Below, one piece after another: positions 62,532-64,000 of a stretch of DNA of 64,000 nt. Position 1 is the first letter of the stretch; the number at the start of each line of letters is the position of its first letter. Position numbers and translations under genes: made by a program. The notes below the pieces were generated by a model. That model did no database searches. It worked only from the letters and a program-made list of their open reading frames with translations, and was not told the origin of the DNA. This DNA is from Chrysomallon squamiferum (Eukaryota; Animalia; Mollusca), in assembly GCA_012295275.1 (NCBI GenBank), contig CM022668.1, forward strand, positions 12,028,001-12,092,000. The letters are read 5' to 3'.

Positions 62532-63244
62532 GTCACTCTAACTCTTTTTTTCATTTTTCATTTGCTTTCTCTCTCTGTCTCTTTCGATCATACTATCTTT
62601 CCGTTTGTCCGTCCGTCCATTCGTACATCTGTTTGTCTGTCTGTCTGTCTCTTTTTCTGTCTGAATAAATGTCTTTTATATATATTTATCTATTTGTCTG
62701 TTTGTCTGTCTGTCTGTCTTCTATATATCTATATCTCTCTCTATTTGTATGTCTGTTTGTCTGTCTCTCTATCTCTGTATCTATTTATCTGTCTGTCTAT
62801 CTGTCTATCTATATACCTATCTTTTTAGCCATATGTCTGTACTTTTATCTATCGTCTGTCTGACTCTTTGTCTGTCAGTCTGTTTTTATATCCATCCATC
62901 CATCCATCCATCCATCCATCTGTCATATTTGTTGTCTCTGTTTGTCTCTCCTATTATTATTATTATTTTTTTTTTATTATTTGACTTGTTTTTATAAAAA
63001 TCTTTACAATCGAAAATTCCTGTTCTAGATATTAGCCTTAAGTGCTGGTGAACGCATAATGCTTGAGGAATAAATAACAGCGCCACAAGGTAAATACACA
63101 CAGCGGGATGTTTTGGAACGATTTTCATTGTTATTGAAACGCCTCAGCGACTTTAGGCTAACTGTCATAGGATTACTGTGCAGGTTTAAAATGTAAACAC
63201 ACACACACAAAAAAAAAAAAAATGGGACTAGTAATCTAAAAATT

Positions 63245-63811
<567 letters not shown>

Positions 63812-64000
63812 TGCTTACAGAGAGGAAGAAAAGAAAAAACAGACAATAAGACAGAGTGAAGAGAGAGATTTAGAAAGAGGGCGAAAAAGGATCGAATTAT
63901 AGCTGGGGTTTTTTGTTTTCTTTTCAAGTCACGAAATACTGCATATCGTTACTTCAAAATAAACCACACGACCGCGCCTTTAGAACGATAATCCTAATAA

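Overview
AT-rich, microsatellite-dense animal genomic DNA, probably a gastropod mollusc (inferred from gene style and repeats, not proven). I assembled three spliced genes by hand from GT-AG junctions and reading-frame phase. (1) A complete minus-strand Na+-coupled SLC4 bicarbonate transporter: 21 coding exons, 15283->951, about 1148 aa. (2) A plus-strand GT7 beta-1,4-galactosyltransferase-family gene: 7 coding exons, 36965-42416, about 348 aa. (3) A small plus-strand gene with a signal peptide and a single Ig domain, 45357 to about 47865, with an uncertain 3' end. Most ORFs in the supplied track are microsatellite translations. The most unusual signal is that several introns in two unrelated genes contain degenerate tandem arrays whose unit copies the adjacent exon/intron junction ('splice-junction echoes'). 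Other notable items are a ~360 bp inverted repeat pair bracketing the glycosyltransferase gene, CpG depletion confined to that gene body, a palindrome array in its 3' UTR, and atypical residues in the SLC4 ion-binding site. All alignments and counts were done by eye.
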